64,000 nt of DNA from the human T2T-CHM13v2.0 reference genome, Homo sapiens (GCF_009914755.1 NC_060926.1); one strand, 5' to 3'. Counted from the stretch's first letter, positions 26,278 through 42,615 are shown. Notes: generated by a model from the letters alone, not told the origin. Translations and numbers: made by a program.

Positions 26278-27084
26278 GTAAGCGCCATCTCTGAAAAGTT
26301 CCACTTCAGAGCAGCACTCCGACCGCCTGTCAGCTCAGCTTGTATTCGAGCTGCGGTCCTGCTCCTTCCTCAACTTGACTTCTTGTTCTTTTCTAGAATT
26401 TAAAAACCTCAAACTTTACTCCAGTTTTCTTAACATAACATTTGCTGTATTTATTGTTATTAAATGTAGCTTTTTTGAGTAACTGTTTAAAAAGCTTCAG
26501 CTATAACCACGAAATACTAATAGCAAGACTCAGAGCCCATCACTGTTATTTCAGTGGCTCAAGCTCAAAGAAAAGAAACATTCTCAACTATGAAGAAAAT
26601 AGAAAACCAAGTTGGAACTGCTAGAAATTAAAGACAGAAAGAGCTACATAGACTGCGTTTTTAAAAAGTGATTACTTTTACATAAAATTCCCCAAAAAAG
26701 ATGAATTTGGAGTTTTATATGAAAATGTGGAGTATAAATAGTAATCACTCTTGAAAATTATATTTGGTGGATTGATTGAGTCTTAGAGTATCTCAGTGTG
26801 GAAGAGTAAAGGGAAACTAAGCCTTTTGAACAAATTCCACTATTGATTTCTTTCTGATGTTCCCTTTTATACGTGGTGTCACAGGGTGATGTGGGTAAGG
26901 CTTGAAGGAGGGCGTTAGGGACGCCCACAGCCTCCTGCCCCCAGCACTCAGGGTCGCAGTGTCTCTTCATGTGTCACAGACTTGTCCATGAATGTGGCAG
27001 GTTGTGAACAGTCGGTGAAGTGAGATGTCAGTGGCATCCTAGTGCTCACTTCACTCCTTTCATTTTAATGTAGGTTTGAAGTTT

Positions 27085-27562
27085 TTTTTTTTTCAGTATG
27101 AGGTAAAATTCTAGATCAACAAATGTATATACACAGATCCTTGAGCTTTGGTGTAAAGACACATGTCTATATGACAAAGTCTTCTTTAAAGGGGTCAGTC
27201 CAGAAAGCAAGCCTCTAGTTAAATAAGCCTGATTTAAAGAGTTTTGGGAGGGAAGTTATGTTTCTACAACTTTTATTAATAAAATATTAAACCTAAAATG
27301 TTGATTTTAGTAAAATATTAATATTTATTACTAAAATTTCATAAATATCCTATAACTAGTAAATAAAAACATTAAATATTAAACCTTAGCGCTTTGAAGT
27401 TTTTAATAATAAAAGTTGAAGTAAAATAAAAATGTATCTCTCAAAACCTTTTATATGAGTCTAAAGAAGACTTTGTCATGTAGGGAGATCTCCTTACAAC
27501 AAAGTCCAAGAGTCTGTGTATATACATTTGTTGATCTAGAATTTTACCTCATATTAAAAAAC
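27085..27562. repeat. Long imperfect inverted repeat (perfect 41-bp core 27097-27137 / 27513-27553)
   Basis: Direct reverse-complement comparison; further 18-bp perfect segment 27171-27188 / 27462-27479. Confidence 0.95.
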
Positions 27563-27861
27563 AACAGTAATACTATCAGCTTAACATAAGCAGATCTTTT
27601 TTTTATTGTCATGGGATTTGAACTGTATATGACATCTTTGACTTTTTTTTGGTGTCTTCTATTTTTTTTTTTTAATCTCTCTCTTGACTTTATTTGGTCT
27701 TTTCTATCAAAAGCCATAGGAGCTCACTTTCTCATGAAACTGGGTAACTATAAAAGTCTTACAAAACTGACATTGTGGCAATTTATGGTTAAAGAACTTC
27801 TCATCTTCTCCTGTCCCTGCTCCTGCTTGCCTTACTCTCTCTTTTCTGTCCTTTGCTTTAG

Positions 27862-28037
27862 GATCTGACCGCACTGGCCAAAGAGCTTCGAGCAGTGGAA
27901 GATGTACGGCCACCTCACAAAGTAACGGACTACTCCTCATCCAGTGAGGAGTCGGGGACGACGGATGAGGAGGACGACGATGTGGAGCAGGAAGGGGCTG
28001 ACGAGTCCACCTCAGGACCAGAGGACACCAGAGCAGC
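27862..28037 (+). CDS. MAP4K4: MAP4K4 coding exon ([32 protein letters not shown]...EDTRAA)
   Basis: ctttgctttag acceptor, AGC|gtcagt donor; 176 nt. Confidence 0.93.
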
Positions 28038-28534
28038 GTCAGTCCCCGGTCTCTTTTAGAGCGGATGAGAGTATTCTCTCAGAGCCTGCTTTCCACTGGG
28101 ACCTAGTTGTTCCTAGACTATTCCGTGACCCCATGAGCACTTACTATGTAGTTCTCGTGGATTCAGCAGCAGGTCGCCTTGTGTTTCCCCTTCTCTTCGT
28201 TGGTGTGTGCATGTGTCAGTGCTTCCCCCAGCACCCCAGCGTGTACTTTATTTTTTCCTTTTGATTTGAGGATATATGATCCAGGGGAAATTTCAGTTTG
28301 GTATAACTACTTTAATTAGCCATAATTATTCATTCTAAGTTTTTGCTCAGAAACAAATGGCACTGGAAAGAAATTCTTTGTTAAAGGGAGAAAGCTAAGC
28401 AGTTGCTTTTTTGGAGGAGGCTTTATATCGGTAGCCTCATCTCATGTTTTGATTTTGAGAAGGCGAAAAGCCTAAACAGGATCTCCTTGACTCCAGAGAT
28501 TAAGGCCTTTCACGTCTGGATTTTTTCTCCATAG

Positions 28535-28655
28535 GTCATCTCTGAATTTGAGCAATGGTGAAACGGAATCTGTGAAAACCATGATTGTCCATGATGATGT
28601 AGAAAGTGAGCCGGCCATGACCCCATCCAAGGAGGGCACTCTAATCGTCCGCCAG
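28535..28655 (+). CDS. MAP4K4: MAP4K4 coding exon ([40 protein letters not shown])
   Basis: ttctccatag acceptor, CAG|gtaccc donor; 121 nt. Confidence 0.95.
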
Positions 28656-29733
28656 GTACCCGTGTCTTCTCTGTTGTCAGAGGCTGAGCTTCTCCTGTGG
28701 TCATTAACCCACTTGCTCATTCACTCACTCATGCTGTTTCTCCATCATCATCTGTTTTCATGTTAACAAGTCCCAGAGGGTCAAGTGTCGAGTGTCGGGG
28801 GCTAGGGAGGCAGGTGTGTACTGCATGCCCAGAAGGTAGCGAGTAGTCTCCACCCCACATCGCTGCTCCTCTGCATGTCTGCGGCAGCCCTCATTCAAGC
28901 ACCGCGCTGAGTCTCACAGTCTATGTCTGAGCGGGAGAGAAGCCACAGGGAGTCCTTAAACAGGCTCACAGAGTGAGGAAGCAGGTCTGGAGTCTGGCAG
29001 AGCAGCCACCATGGCTCTGCAGAGCACGCTGGGCTCTGAGTGTCTGCAGTGCCACAGTGGGAGCGGGTGAGGCAGGCAGGACGAGCCTCATCACAGGCCC
29101 AGAGACTCGGAGAGCAGAAGGGTTCGGGAGGTTTCTCTTCTATGTTCCAAAATGTTAGTTTTCTCACTTGTTGAATAATTAAATGTGTGCCACCCAGATA
29201 TGCTCAGTTTGGATCACTAAGCTTTATAACTGTCTGTTCATTTCTTAGCTTAGACTTAATTAAAGTGATACGCTTCTCATTTAAATAGAACAGGGCACCT
29301 ATTTAGTATTTTGGACTTTGCCCTAAGTGTGTTTCATGCTATGGCAATGCATTCGGATGGAAAGTAGGAAGAATGTGGAAAAGACCAGGATTCAGAGAAT
29401 CCACAGGTACTTTCTGGAGCTTTGCAAAGAAAGATTTAAAAAGAAAAAAAAAAGGATACTGGTTTTGGTAACAGAAGCTAGCGCAACAGATAAACCAGAT
29501 TAAACACTCACTGCTCGAGCCGTGCAGCCACCAGATTAGGTACTTTGAATTCTGTTGGCACAAGTTAGGCATTTGGTGAGGAAGTGTGAGCAGTTCAGGC
29601 TAATTTCTTTGGTTTTTCCTTGGTAATTTAGCAGAGTTTATAAGTCACACAGCACCTTAAAGCAGTTATCAATAGGGCCATAGGCAATTTTAGCAGCGCT
29701 TGAGCGAGACAAGTGTGCCTGTTTTTTCTACAG

Positions 29734-29925
29734 AGTACAGTTGACCAAAAGCGTGCCAGCCATCATGAGAGCAATGGCTTTGCCGGTCGCATTCACCTCT
29801 TGCCAGATCTCTTACAGCAAAGCCATTCCTCCTCCACTTCCTCCACCTCCTCCTCCCCATCCTCCAGCCAGCCGACACCCACCATGTCCCCACAGACACC
29901 CCAGGACAAGCTCACTGCTAATGAG
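29734..29925 (+). CDS. MAP4K4: MAP4K4 alternative cassette exon (STVDQKRASHHESNGFAGRIHLLPDLLQQSHS...KLTANE), 64 aa
   Basis: ttttttctacag acceptor, GAG|gtatgt donor; 192 nt, phase 0-0, open; SNGFAG..LPDL.QQSHS resembles the paralogue TNIK (recalled). Confidence 0.88.
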
Positions 29926-31887
29926 GTATGTCTCGCACCACAGCTGGCTGCTTTCCTGGGGTTAGACCAGCACTGCCTAGGAGTTAGTTTGCAAAGGAGA
30001 CCTTTCCAACACCCTCACCCCTTCCCTTCCCACCCTGCTTTCTCTGTCACCTACCCTTCTCCCCAACCCCAAGTAACATGTTTCAGATCTGCATATAAAC
30101 CCCTTAACCCTAGATCAGCTCCCCCAAACTTGCCAGTTCACTGTTTACTGTTCTGTAGATAAGTATAGTTGCATGGCTTTATCTAGTTTATTTTTTAAAA
30201 ATCTAAATAAAATGATTGCTCTGTCCTCAGACCGGTATTATGTATTTGGCATGAAATTCTTATAGTCATTTGTGGAATCTGCCTTTTTCATTCTTTTTAT
30301 CCAATAAATAAAATATAGGAAGATTCGGTTCAGCAGGCTTGGCCTTATCTGGACAAACTTATTATCCTGTACAGGAATCTCTTTCAAACAGAACTGATTT
30401 TTTTTTTTTTTCTTGTTTGGGGGGTGGGTTGTTGGCTGATTACTCTTACTTGTTTTCACCAACCCTGTTAAGGAGTTTGTTCTTTGACATTTACAATCAC
30501 TCAGAGGTTTAGAAGCCAAATTATTTTTGGGAAACCTAGAAAAAATTAGGATGTTAAGCAAGAAGGACAAAGGTTTGAGCTTGTTTTTAATTTAAAATTT
30601 TGTGTGGGAAATCTGTGTGCTCCTTTGAAGGCTTGGTTGTGGTGCTCGGTCTGGGTGTTAGCTCAGTCTGGGTGATTCTTTGCTCTTTGAACAGGGTTAT
30701 ACTCCAGGTGTAGTGACATAGCCCACTTGAGCACCCGTATTGAATTAAACAAGTGATTTGATTCCACAGAAGATTTGGTTTAAGTGTCTTTATCTACCAG
30801 TTGAGGGAGGTTAGAAAGAATCAGAAAAATCCTCTCCTCCGGAGGAGCAGTGGCAAGTCAACTGCTTCCTAGACAGGCTTGGCATCGGCTAGACTGGCTC
30901 CTGACTCATGGGACAGGGAGGGAAGCTGCCAGGGGACAGATGTTCAGGTGGGAAGCTTAGGGGAGGGCATGGGCTCTAGGACATGGTGACCCTCAGGTGT
31001 CCATGGAGGGGGTCCAATGGTACAGGACAAAAGCACTTGATCAGACATGTTCCTTTTTTCTCCTGAGGTATATATCCCACCTACACTCACATTCTTCCTT
31101 ATATTTATATTTTAAACTTTGCTCCATTTCGCTCTAATGTGCAGTATTTTACTATAACCCTTAACTCACTAAACCGGCAAATTTATTTTTCTGTTTGTTT
31201 TGTTTTTAATTGTCATTACATTTCCACTTAACAATTTGTTTCACTTCCTTTGTGTTTTTTTGTCTTAAGTTACATTATTAACCAAAACACTAGTGCTCCT
31301 AAAAGATCAAAAAGATACGCCTTCTTTTGTCATTTGCACCTTTCACTAATGAGTCCTCATTTGGTATGGGTTTAATGGTGATGCACCTAAAACAACAGTA
31401 GCCAAAGCTTCTGTAGCTTTCTGGCAAGAGGCTCAATTTAAAATAACTACAATTATTAACAATTGCCAATATTCCAGCATAGATTATTTGGACTCTTGGG
31501 TAGGAGAATAAATTCAGAAGTTGGTGAATTGAGATCAAGAGATTTCAGACCTCCTTTAGGAGTTTCATTATAAGTATTTACTTAATTTTTTTTTAAAGCT
31601 AGGCACATGAAGTCTAGATTTCATTGGTAGCTTGCAGCACTGCTTTGTAAGTGAGCAATGTCTCTGGTAGAGATAACGGCTCCTGCAGTGGTTCCAGGTA
31701 AAGCTGCCCTGAGGGGTGCTATGCCACGTGGAAGCTCCCCGCAGAGCATTTTTTGGGGGAATGATGCAAGGCAAATAGAGCAAAGTATTGGGAAATAGTG
31801 CAATATAGAAGTGAATTGAAATGTGTATTTTTAATGTTCATTTTTAAAATGCCAGTTGTATTAATAACATTGAAATTTACATTGCAG

Positions 31888-32005
31888 ACTCAGTCCGCTA
31901 GTAGCACACTCCAGAAACACAAATCTTCCTCCTCCTTTACACCTTTTATAGACCCCAGATTACTACAGATTTCTCCATCTAGCGGAACAACAGTGACATC
32001 TGTGG
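31888..32005 (+). CDS. MAP4K4: MAP4K4 coding exon ([39 protein letters not shown])
   Basis: attgcag acceptor, TGG|gtaagt donor; 118 nt. Confidence 0.96.
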
Positions 32006-32322
32006 GTAAGTACAGTAGCAACAAGAAAGCAGCTGACAAATGGGACTTTATCTTTGAGTTGCTCTTTTGGGTGGCTTAGGTGTAGCTGGTTGTTCACAGG
32101 CACAGACCTCGGGTACAGAAACTTCCCATCCCAGTTGTATGCCTTATTTGCAATGAGATGCAGAGTCCATTTCCTTTTTCCATATACATTGCTTACAGAT
32201 TTCTTCTCTTTGACAAAGTGTTGGTTATACCACATGAATATTTACTTGAAGTATACTGGGGAAGGGAGGCAGGCATAGTGTGTGTGTGTACAGAAAATAA
32301 TTTCAAATATATTGTGTTTCAG

Positions 32323-32493
32323 TGGGATTTTCCTGTGATGGGATGAGACCAGAAGCCATAAGGCAAGATCCTACCCGGAAAGGCTCAGTGGTCAATGTGA
32401 ATCCTACCAACACTAGGCCACAGAGTGACACCCCGGAGATTCGTAAATACAAGAAGAGGTTTAACTCTGAGATTCTGTGTGCTGCCTTATGGG
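32323..32493 (+). CDS. MAP4K4: MAP4K4 coding exon ([30 protein letters not shown]...ILCAALW), start of CNH domain
   Basis: gtgtttcag acceptor, GGG|gtaggt donor; 171 nt. Confidence 0.96.
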
Positions 32494-32714
32494 GTAGGTG
32501 TCTAGCCACTACTCCAACACTTTCATTTTTGTTCTGAGTGGTGGCTGGTCTTCTAGAGAAGTACTGCATTGAATAGTTTGTGGATAGACAGGATGGAAGA
32601 CTTCTATGATGTCCATCTCCTGTTATATGCAGAGTGGTATATTAGCAGACTGGTGTGGCACATGTATATGATTGCACTCATTTTAACTGTCAAATATTGG
32701 CATGATTAATCTCC

Positions 32715-32840
32715 ATTTTATTTTTATTAAACAAATTTTTGTAGTAGTTTTGTTACGTGGATATATTGTATAGTGGTGAAGTCTGGGTTTTTAGTGTAAC
32801 CATCAGCCCATTATACTCAATAGTGTACATTGTACCCCTG
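32715..32840 (-). mobile_element. L1PB-type 3' end fragment
   Basis: ttttgttacgtggatatattgtatagtggtgaagtctggg..agtgtaaccatca..aatagtgtacattgtaccc. Confidence 0.75.
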
Positions 32841-35243
32841 AACCCTGAGGTTGACTGTTCTCACTATAAAATTCAATCATATCTAGCAGTGGAAATGTTG
32901 GAGAAGTATATTTATAAAAACTTACTGCAACATGCAACCCAGTGTTTTTCATTTTTCATGCTTGTAATTTCCAAGTACTTTACAGTGACTATTCTTTTGA
33001 CTATTAGCATTCAGTACTTTATAAAATTATACAACTGTACAATTATACAACTTGGAAATATATCATGGAGAAGTAGAAGATAGAGTGTAAGTGCCACAAT
33101 ACCTGCAGCTTTTGTGTTTTGAAAAGAGTCTTCAGCTTTATCTTGTTACTCCCTCATTCTTTCTCACTGTAAAATCTTGAGGTTGATGTTTATATGTTAG
33201 TTTTTAGAAACACACATAATAGGATTTCTTCACAAGGCCCATATTTTGTGTAGTTATTACCAGATTCTTGACATAGGAGTTTAAAAAAATCTACTTGATA
33301 CTGAAGATTGACCAGGAAAATATCAAAATATTGTGTAAAATAGAACCTTTGAAATGGTATCTGTCTGGCAGCAGTTCTATCAATAAATATCTGTCTTTTC
33401 TACCAATAATTTCTAAGCTGTTTTAGATCAACTTGCCTAGATATATGCAGGGAAACCTAAGCATAATATTCAAATAAGTTCCACCTTGACAAGGATATAG
33501 TCAGGGCAGAATGGCCAACCTCAAGAATAAAATTATATGAAAATGAATCACATATTACATATTTAAATATTTTTCTTATACTGATAATCTTTTTAGTTGT
33601 ACAGCATTTTTTTTTTTTTAATCTCTAAGGGTTAAGTCACTATGCCCACAAGCATTGCTTGGGTAGATACTGTCCTCCAAATGTTGGGATAATCCCAACT
33701 CAATCAACTCTATAAGGACCAGGCATGAACAGAGAGAGGGCTGTAGGAGCGTTGTTCTCTCAATGCCGTCACAATTATTTATTTCAGATTATCTGGAAAT
33801 AGGGTGTGGGTGGGTGTGGGCATACATGTATGTGCCATGATATTCTTCCGCCTCACTCCCTCTACACAAATACTTTATTCCTTGTCTTGGTGAGTTTATG
33901 ACTGAGGAAATCAGTACACACAGATATGTGCCCAATTCCCTAGGAATGTAGGGTCATCTGTGCTACATGTTACAAAGGTGATTCTGACAGTGAAGGTTCT
34001 AGGTCAAGGAACAAGAGCATTTGGGGAAATACATGAATGATCAAGAGGGAGAAGTGCTTTGGCCAAGGGGCAGGCAGTCTTAGATGCCAGTCCAAGGCTT
34101 TTGGAACAATTTCTACATGGAATGTGTAGTTTTTGAAGATAGTCATGACGTGAGTATTTTAGCAAGATTAGGATTGATTGGATGTACATCATGAGAAAGT
34201 GGAGAGAAGCTCCTTTAACAACCTTAATTAAGGTCTCTATCCGTCACTTAAAAGGTTGCCAAAGGCTGAACAATTGTGAGAGCAGAGGAAAGGGAAAGGA
34301 GGGACAGAGAAGGGGTTTTCTCTGGCTCTAGTGGCCAGTTTTAGCTAGTTTGGCAGAGCAGCTTGGGAGCTGTTGATAGAAGCAGCCAAGTCGCGAGGCT
34401 AGTTTCAGTAGAGATCTGCAGTGGGTGGAAAGCAGGAGGCAAAGTAGCAGCGTGGAATTAGGAGTTACTGGTTCTGAGGCACACTCATGCACAGGTGGGT
34501 GGGTGTCACCAGATGGACAGCAGTGGAAATGTCTCCACTGAGGAAGCAGAGGGCAGGTGTGGAAATAAGGAAGGAGGCAGCAGAAGAGTGTGGAGACTGT
34601 GACGGTACAAGGTTAGAGAAGTAGGGTGAGTCAAATATCAAATCACAATATTTTGATAGTCCTAAGAAATGGAAGGACAAGAGAACTGACTACAGTTGTT
34701 TCTTGATGATGGTGGAAAGTGATCTTTAAGAAAAGCTTAAATGTGAGTGATGGAAGCCGAATCATAAGCTGTTAAGGATTTGAGGGCTGCATTTATATGG
34801 CCCATTCCAGAGATTTGCCAATGAAAGATGAGGAAGCACAAAGAGATCATGGTATCAGATGAAGGTTTGTTCAAATGTGTGATGTGGCTAATTAGACATA
34901 GAATCTGTAAAGATAGGAAATAATCAGCATATAACATTCTCGAGGAACTGAGGAAGAACTAGAAACTAATGGATTATTAAGGAAATTGATGGGATGAGGG
35001 TTTCTTGTTCTTTCCCTTATCCTTTCTTATGTTTAAATATGTCAGCATCATTGCTACATGGTGATGTATTGCAGGATTGGTTACTTTAACTGTTTAACCT
35101 TTGACTATTTTAAGGATTTCTGCTTCTGGGTGAATTAAGGAAGCTACACTTTTTTCCAAATAGATGATGTTATCCTTTCTATACAACCTGGGGATTTGCC
35201 AAGCACAGCATAAAATTGAGGCCTTTCTGTGTCCCTGAAACAG

Positions 35244-35387
35244 GAGTGAATTTGCTAGTGGGTACAGAGAGTGGCCTGATGCTGCTGGACAGAAGTGGCC
35301 AAGGGAAGGTCTATCCTCTTATCAACCGAAGACGATTTCAACAAATGGACGTACTTGAGGGCTTGAATGTCTTGGTGACAATATCTG
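35244..35387 (+). CDS. MAP4K4: MAP4K4 CNH exon ([48 protein letters not shown])
   Basis: gaaacag acceptor, CTG|gtgagt donor; 144 nt. Confidence 0.96.
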
Positions 35388-35607
35388 GTGAGTGTTTGTT
35401 TTGTAAACCAGAATATGTGACACCATCTTAACAATATTGTAGCTTTACACACTAAACTTCAGTTAGCTCATTCACTGATGTACTGGCTAAATAAGGTACA
35501 ACCACATTGAGACTTGACAATAATGTGAGCTGAAGACGTATTCAGAGGTGACACACACGCCCATTTGATCTCTGGCTCCTCCGAAAGCAGTCTTGAGAAG
35601 CGTATGA

Positions 35608-36287
<680 letters not shown>

Positions 36288-37213
36288 AATTATGTCTCTT
36301 TTTAAGAAGAGCATTTTTCTTAGTATAAATTGTGTAATATAAACTAGTACAGGAAAACAACTACAAGAAATAAAAAGTAGAATCATCCAGAGATCATATC
36401 TTTTAACTTTTATAAGTTTTTAAATTCCAGTTTTTTAAGCATACACCACACTCACTGTATACTTAAGGGAAAAAATCTGCATAAAAATGGTTATACAATA
36501 TTTCAAACATAGGATAATGGCACCCAAGTACTAACTATAACTAGCCAGTTTGAACAGTTGTTGCAGTACACTGTTGTACATACAGTCAGCATCCCTGTTC
36601 CTCCCATATCTACCTGTCCATGGCAACCTCTTGCCTGAAGTTAGGGTGTATGCCATCCAGGCCTGATTGTCCAAAACACGTAGTCTGCTTTCTCCATGCC
36701 ATTGAACATCCTTCCATGGCCTCCATTTTATATGGCTAGAGGATGTTTCCTTGCATAGATGTATTAAAATGTATTTAGTTATCTTCTCTTGCTGCCCTTT
36801 AGGTGTATTCCCTTTTTTCTCTCATGTGAACATTTTTCACAGATATCCTTGTAGCTTACTTAACCTTCAGGCACATACCATGTTGCATAGATCATAATTT
36901 CCTAATAATTAGTGTTATTCCTTGGTCAGATGGCATGCAAAATTATAAGACTTTAAATGAGTCTTATATACCACTACTTACAGTCACTTATGATATTATA
37001 ATCACTTATGATACCACCAGTGATTTTTATTTAATTATCTGCTTGTTAGTACAAGCTTGTTATGTAACATATTTGCTTGAAGTTATTTTACTTCTAATAT
37101 ATGCTTTGGTTGTTAAGTAAAGGAGTTTCTTGAAATGCAAAAATTTCACTATTTATACTTAAATGAGGAAACAGCCATTTAAAACTAGAGTGCTGATGGA
37201 TGGTAGTTTTTTA

Positions 37214-37465
<252 letters not shown>

Positions 37466-38109
37466 TTATAATCAGCTGATACCAGTAATCATTTTTTGGT
37501 CTACTTTTCTGTTTTTTTTTTTTTTTCCTTCCTTATTAACTTTCAGTGGTTTTCACAATCATAAATGTAGTACATGTCAATTGTAGGAAGCTTCAAAAAT
37601 AGAAGAAACTTAGGAAGAATAAAACAAAATGTCACCCCCATCTCAGAGATAACTCTTGTTAACATTTTATATTTCCCTCTCCTTTTCTCTGTAAATATAT
37701 CTCACAAGATGGAAACAAAACATTATATATAAAACTGTGTGGTCTTTTTCTTCTCTTAACATATATTGAATATTTTCCTGCAAACAATTCCCCAAAAGTT
37801 AAAAGGATTATACTGAAGTATGATATACAGAGAAAGTACAGATAAGCATACAGCTCAATGAGCTGTCACATGCAGAATCCATCCAGATAGCCCCACCCTG
37901 GTGAAGACATGGAACATTGCCAGCACCCCAAAACTGCCCTGTGAAGCCACCCTGGGACTGCCCCCAGAGGCAAGCACTGTCCAGACTTTGAACATGTTAG
38001 GTTGATTTTGCCTTCATTGAACTGATTTTATATAATGGTAAAACAGTATGTGTTCTAGTGTCAGCTGCTGCTTTTTTTTTTTTTTTTTTAAGTAGACTTT
38101 TTCTAAACG

Positions 38110-40690
<2,581 letters not shown>

Positions 40691-40790
40691 TGCTGGCCTT
40701 AAGTGATTGATTTCTTTTGGTTACTATTGTTATTAATGATGAGACCTACTTCTGGATATGCATGTAAAATATTTATATTTATTTTGCTAG

Positions 40791-40925
40791 GCAAAAAGGA
40801 TAAGTTACGTGTCTACTATTTGTCCTGGTTAAGAAATAAAATACTTCACAATGATCCAGAAGTTGAGAAGAAGCAGGGATGGACAACCGTAGGGGATTTG
40901 GAAGGATGTGTACATTATAAAGTTG
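40791..40925 (+). CDS. MAP4K4: MAP4K4 CNH exon ([45 protein letters not shown])
   Basis: ttttgctag acceptor, TTG|gtaagt donor; 135 nt. Confidence 0.96.
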
Positions 40926-41528
40926 GTAAGTTCTAGAAGCGTCATATTTTGTTTTTCCAGAGTTTGATTAGAGTTTGAATTTTAAACTTTAAATTTTCAC
41001 AGGTTTTTTGAAGTTTGTAATAATAAACTTGTTTCTGAAACACGTGGATCATTTCTGGTGTTCTTTCTGTTTCCAAGGCACATTCTAATCTTGAAGTCTC
41101 ATCTAGACATTGTCTTACTCCCTCTGTGCACCTATATGCATAACAGAGTTCGTCCCTGCAACTCACTCCGCCCTCAGTCTCCCCCACGCTGTGCATCTTG
41201 TGAGAGTCTTTCCACTCCTCCTCTTTGACAGTCCACATTCTTCTCCTCTGTAAGATGTGGTTCACAGTAACCTCTTTAAGGAAATCTTGTCAGTGGAAGC
41301 CAGCTGACTTGAGTCCTTTTTTACATGCCAGGCTTATTCTCCACTTAGAGGTCTGGAGGTCCTTGGCAGGCACTGATAAGAGTGTTTGAGAGTTTGACTC
41401 AAGGGCTTATGGCCTGCCATTTTGAATTAAGTGCCTGTGCACAGCTACTATGCTCCTTACTAGTAAGTGAGCCCAGCTGGCCAGTCAGTGTTTTATGGCA
41501 ATTGTATTGTTTTTTCTCCTTGGCATGA

Positions 41529-41760
<232 letters not shown>

Positions 41761-42409
41761 CATGAAAAAACCAAAATACTGGCACTAATGTTAGACATAC
41801 GGGAGAAATAATGGACCTTAGCCAAATTAAAGTTTTATAGGAAAGATGTTATAGTCTAACAGAATTTAAACAGGAAGTTTTTCTATATACCTAAAACTGA
41901 TTAATGTTACGGGCCTATTGAATGTTTGTTTCTGCTTGTGTGTTTTCTTTTTTCTATGTTTATGAAAATATATACATCATCAGTTCCTCTGTTCCGAGGG
42001 ATGTTGTCATGCTTGGCATTGTCTTGTTGGTGTAGTTTGTCTGCACCCCTCAGCTCGTGGGTTAATGGTGATTGTGGGAGCTGCCTCAGTATCTCTGACA
42101 GTTCTAATGATACGGGAAAGTAGAACTATCTGCTTAGGATAGATTTTAGGATTAGGGTTTTCTGTGTTTATGTGAAGTATTTTTATGTGTTGAGGTATAA
42201 CTAAAATCATCTAAGGCTAAATGTAATGAAACAGCTCATAACAGATGAAATGTACATGAATAGATTATCCTGCAGGGGGAGCAAGAGGCAGACGGGTTAA
42301 AAGTCTGTTGGGCTTTTCCCCAGAACAAAACAGTAGGCCTTCAGGCCTGTCACTCATACAGAATGAATCACAAGTATTTTCAGGAGATAAGTGTGGGTAA
42401 TATCATTCA

Positions 42410-42615
42410 TTCGTTGTCATTATGGTTGCCACCAAGAATAGGGAGCTATTTAAATGTATATTAAATTAATAAAAATTAAGGAAACCTTAAAATTTAGCTC
42501 CTCAATGGCACTAGTACATTCTAAGTGTGCAATAGCCCCATGTGTGTGGTGGTTATATTAGCAATACAGATACGGAGAGTTTCTATCATCGCAGAAGTCT
42601 ATGAAACAGTACCGG
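42410..42615 (+). mobile_element. MER3-like element
   Basis: aaatttagctcctca..caatagccccatgtg..tttctatcatcgcagaa. Confidence 0.6.

Noticed and set aside
27700-27725. SKAIGA-encoding stretch reminiscent of the small SYKKAIDE/SYKRAIGE exon recalled from TNIK/MINK1
   Set aside because: No suitably placed AG or GT splice sites; similarity too short to distinguish from chance
31180-31370. Long U-rich tract ending in ttaag (31270), possible poison exon before exon 31888
   Set aside because: Immediate stop in frame but only a weak donor candidate; nothing else supports an exon
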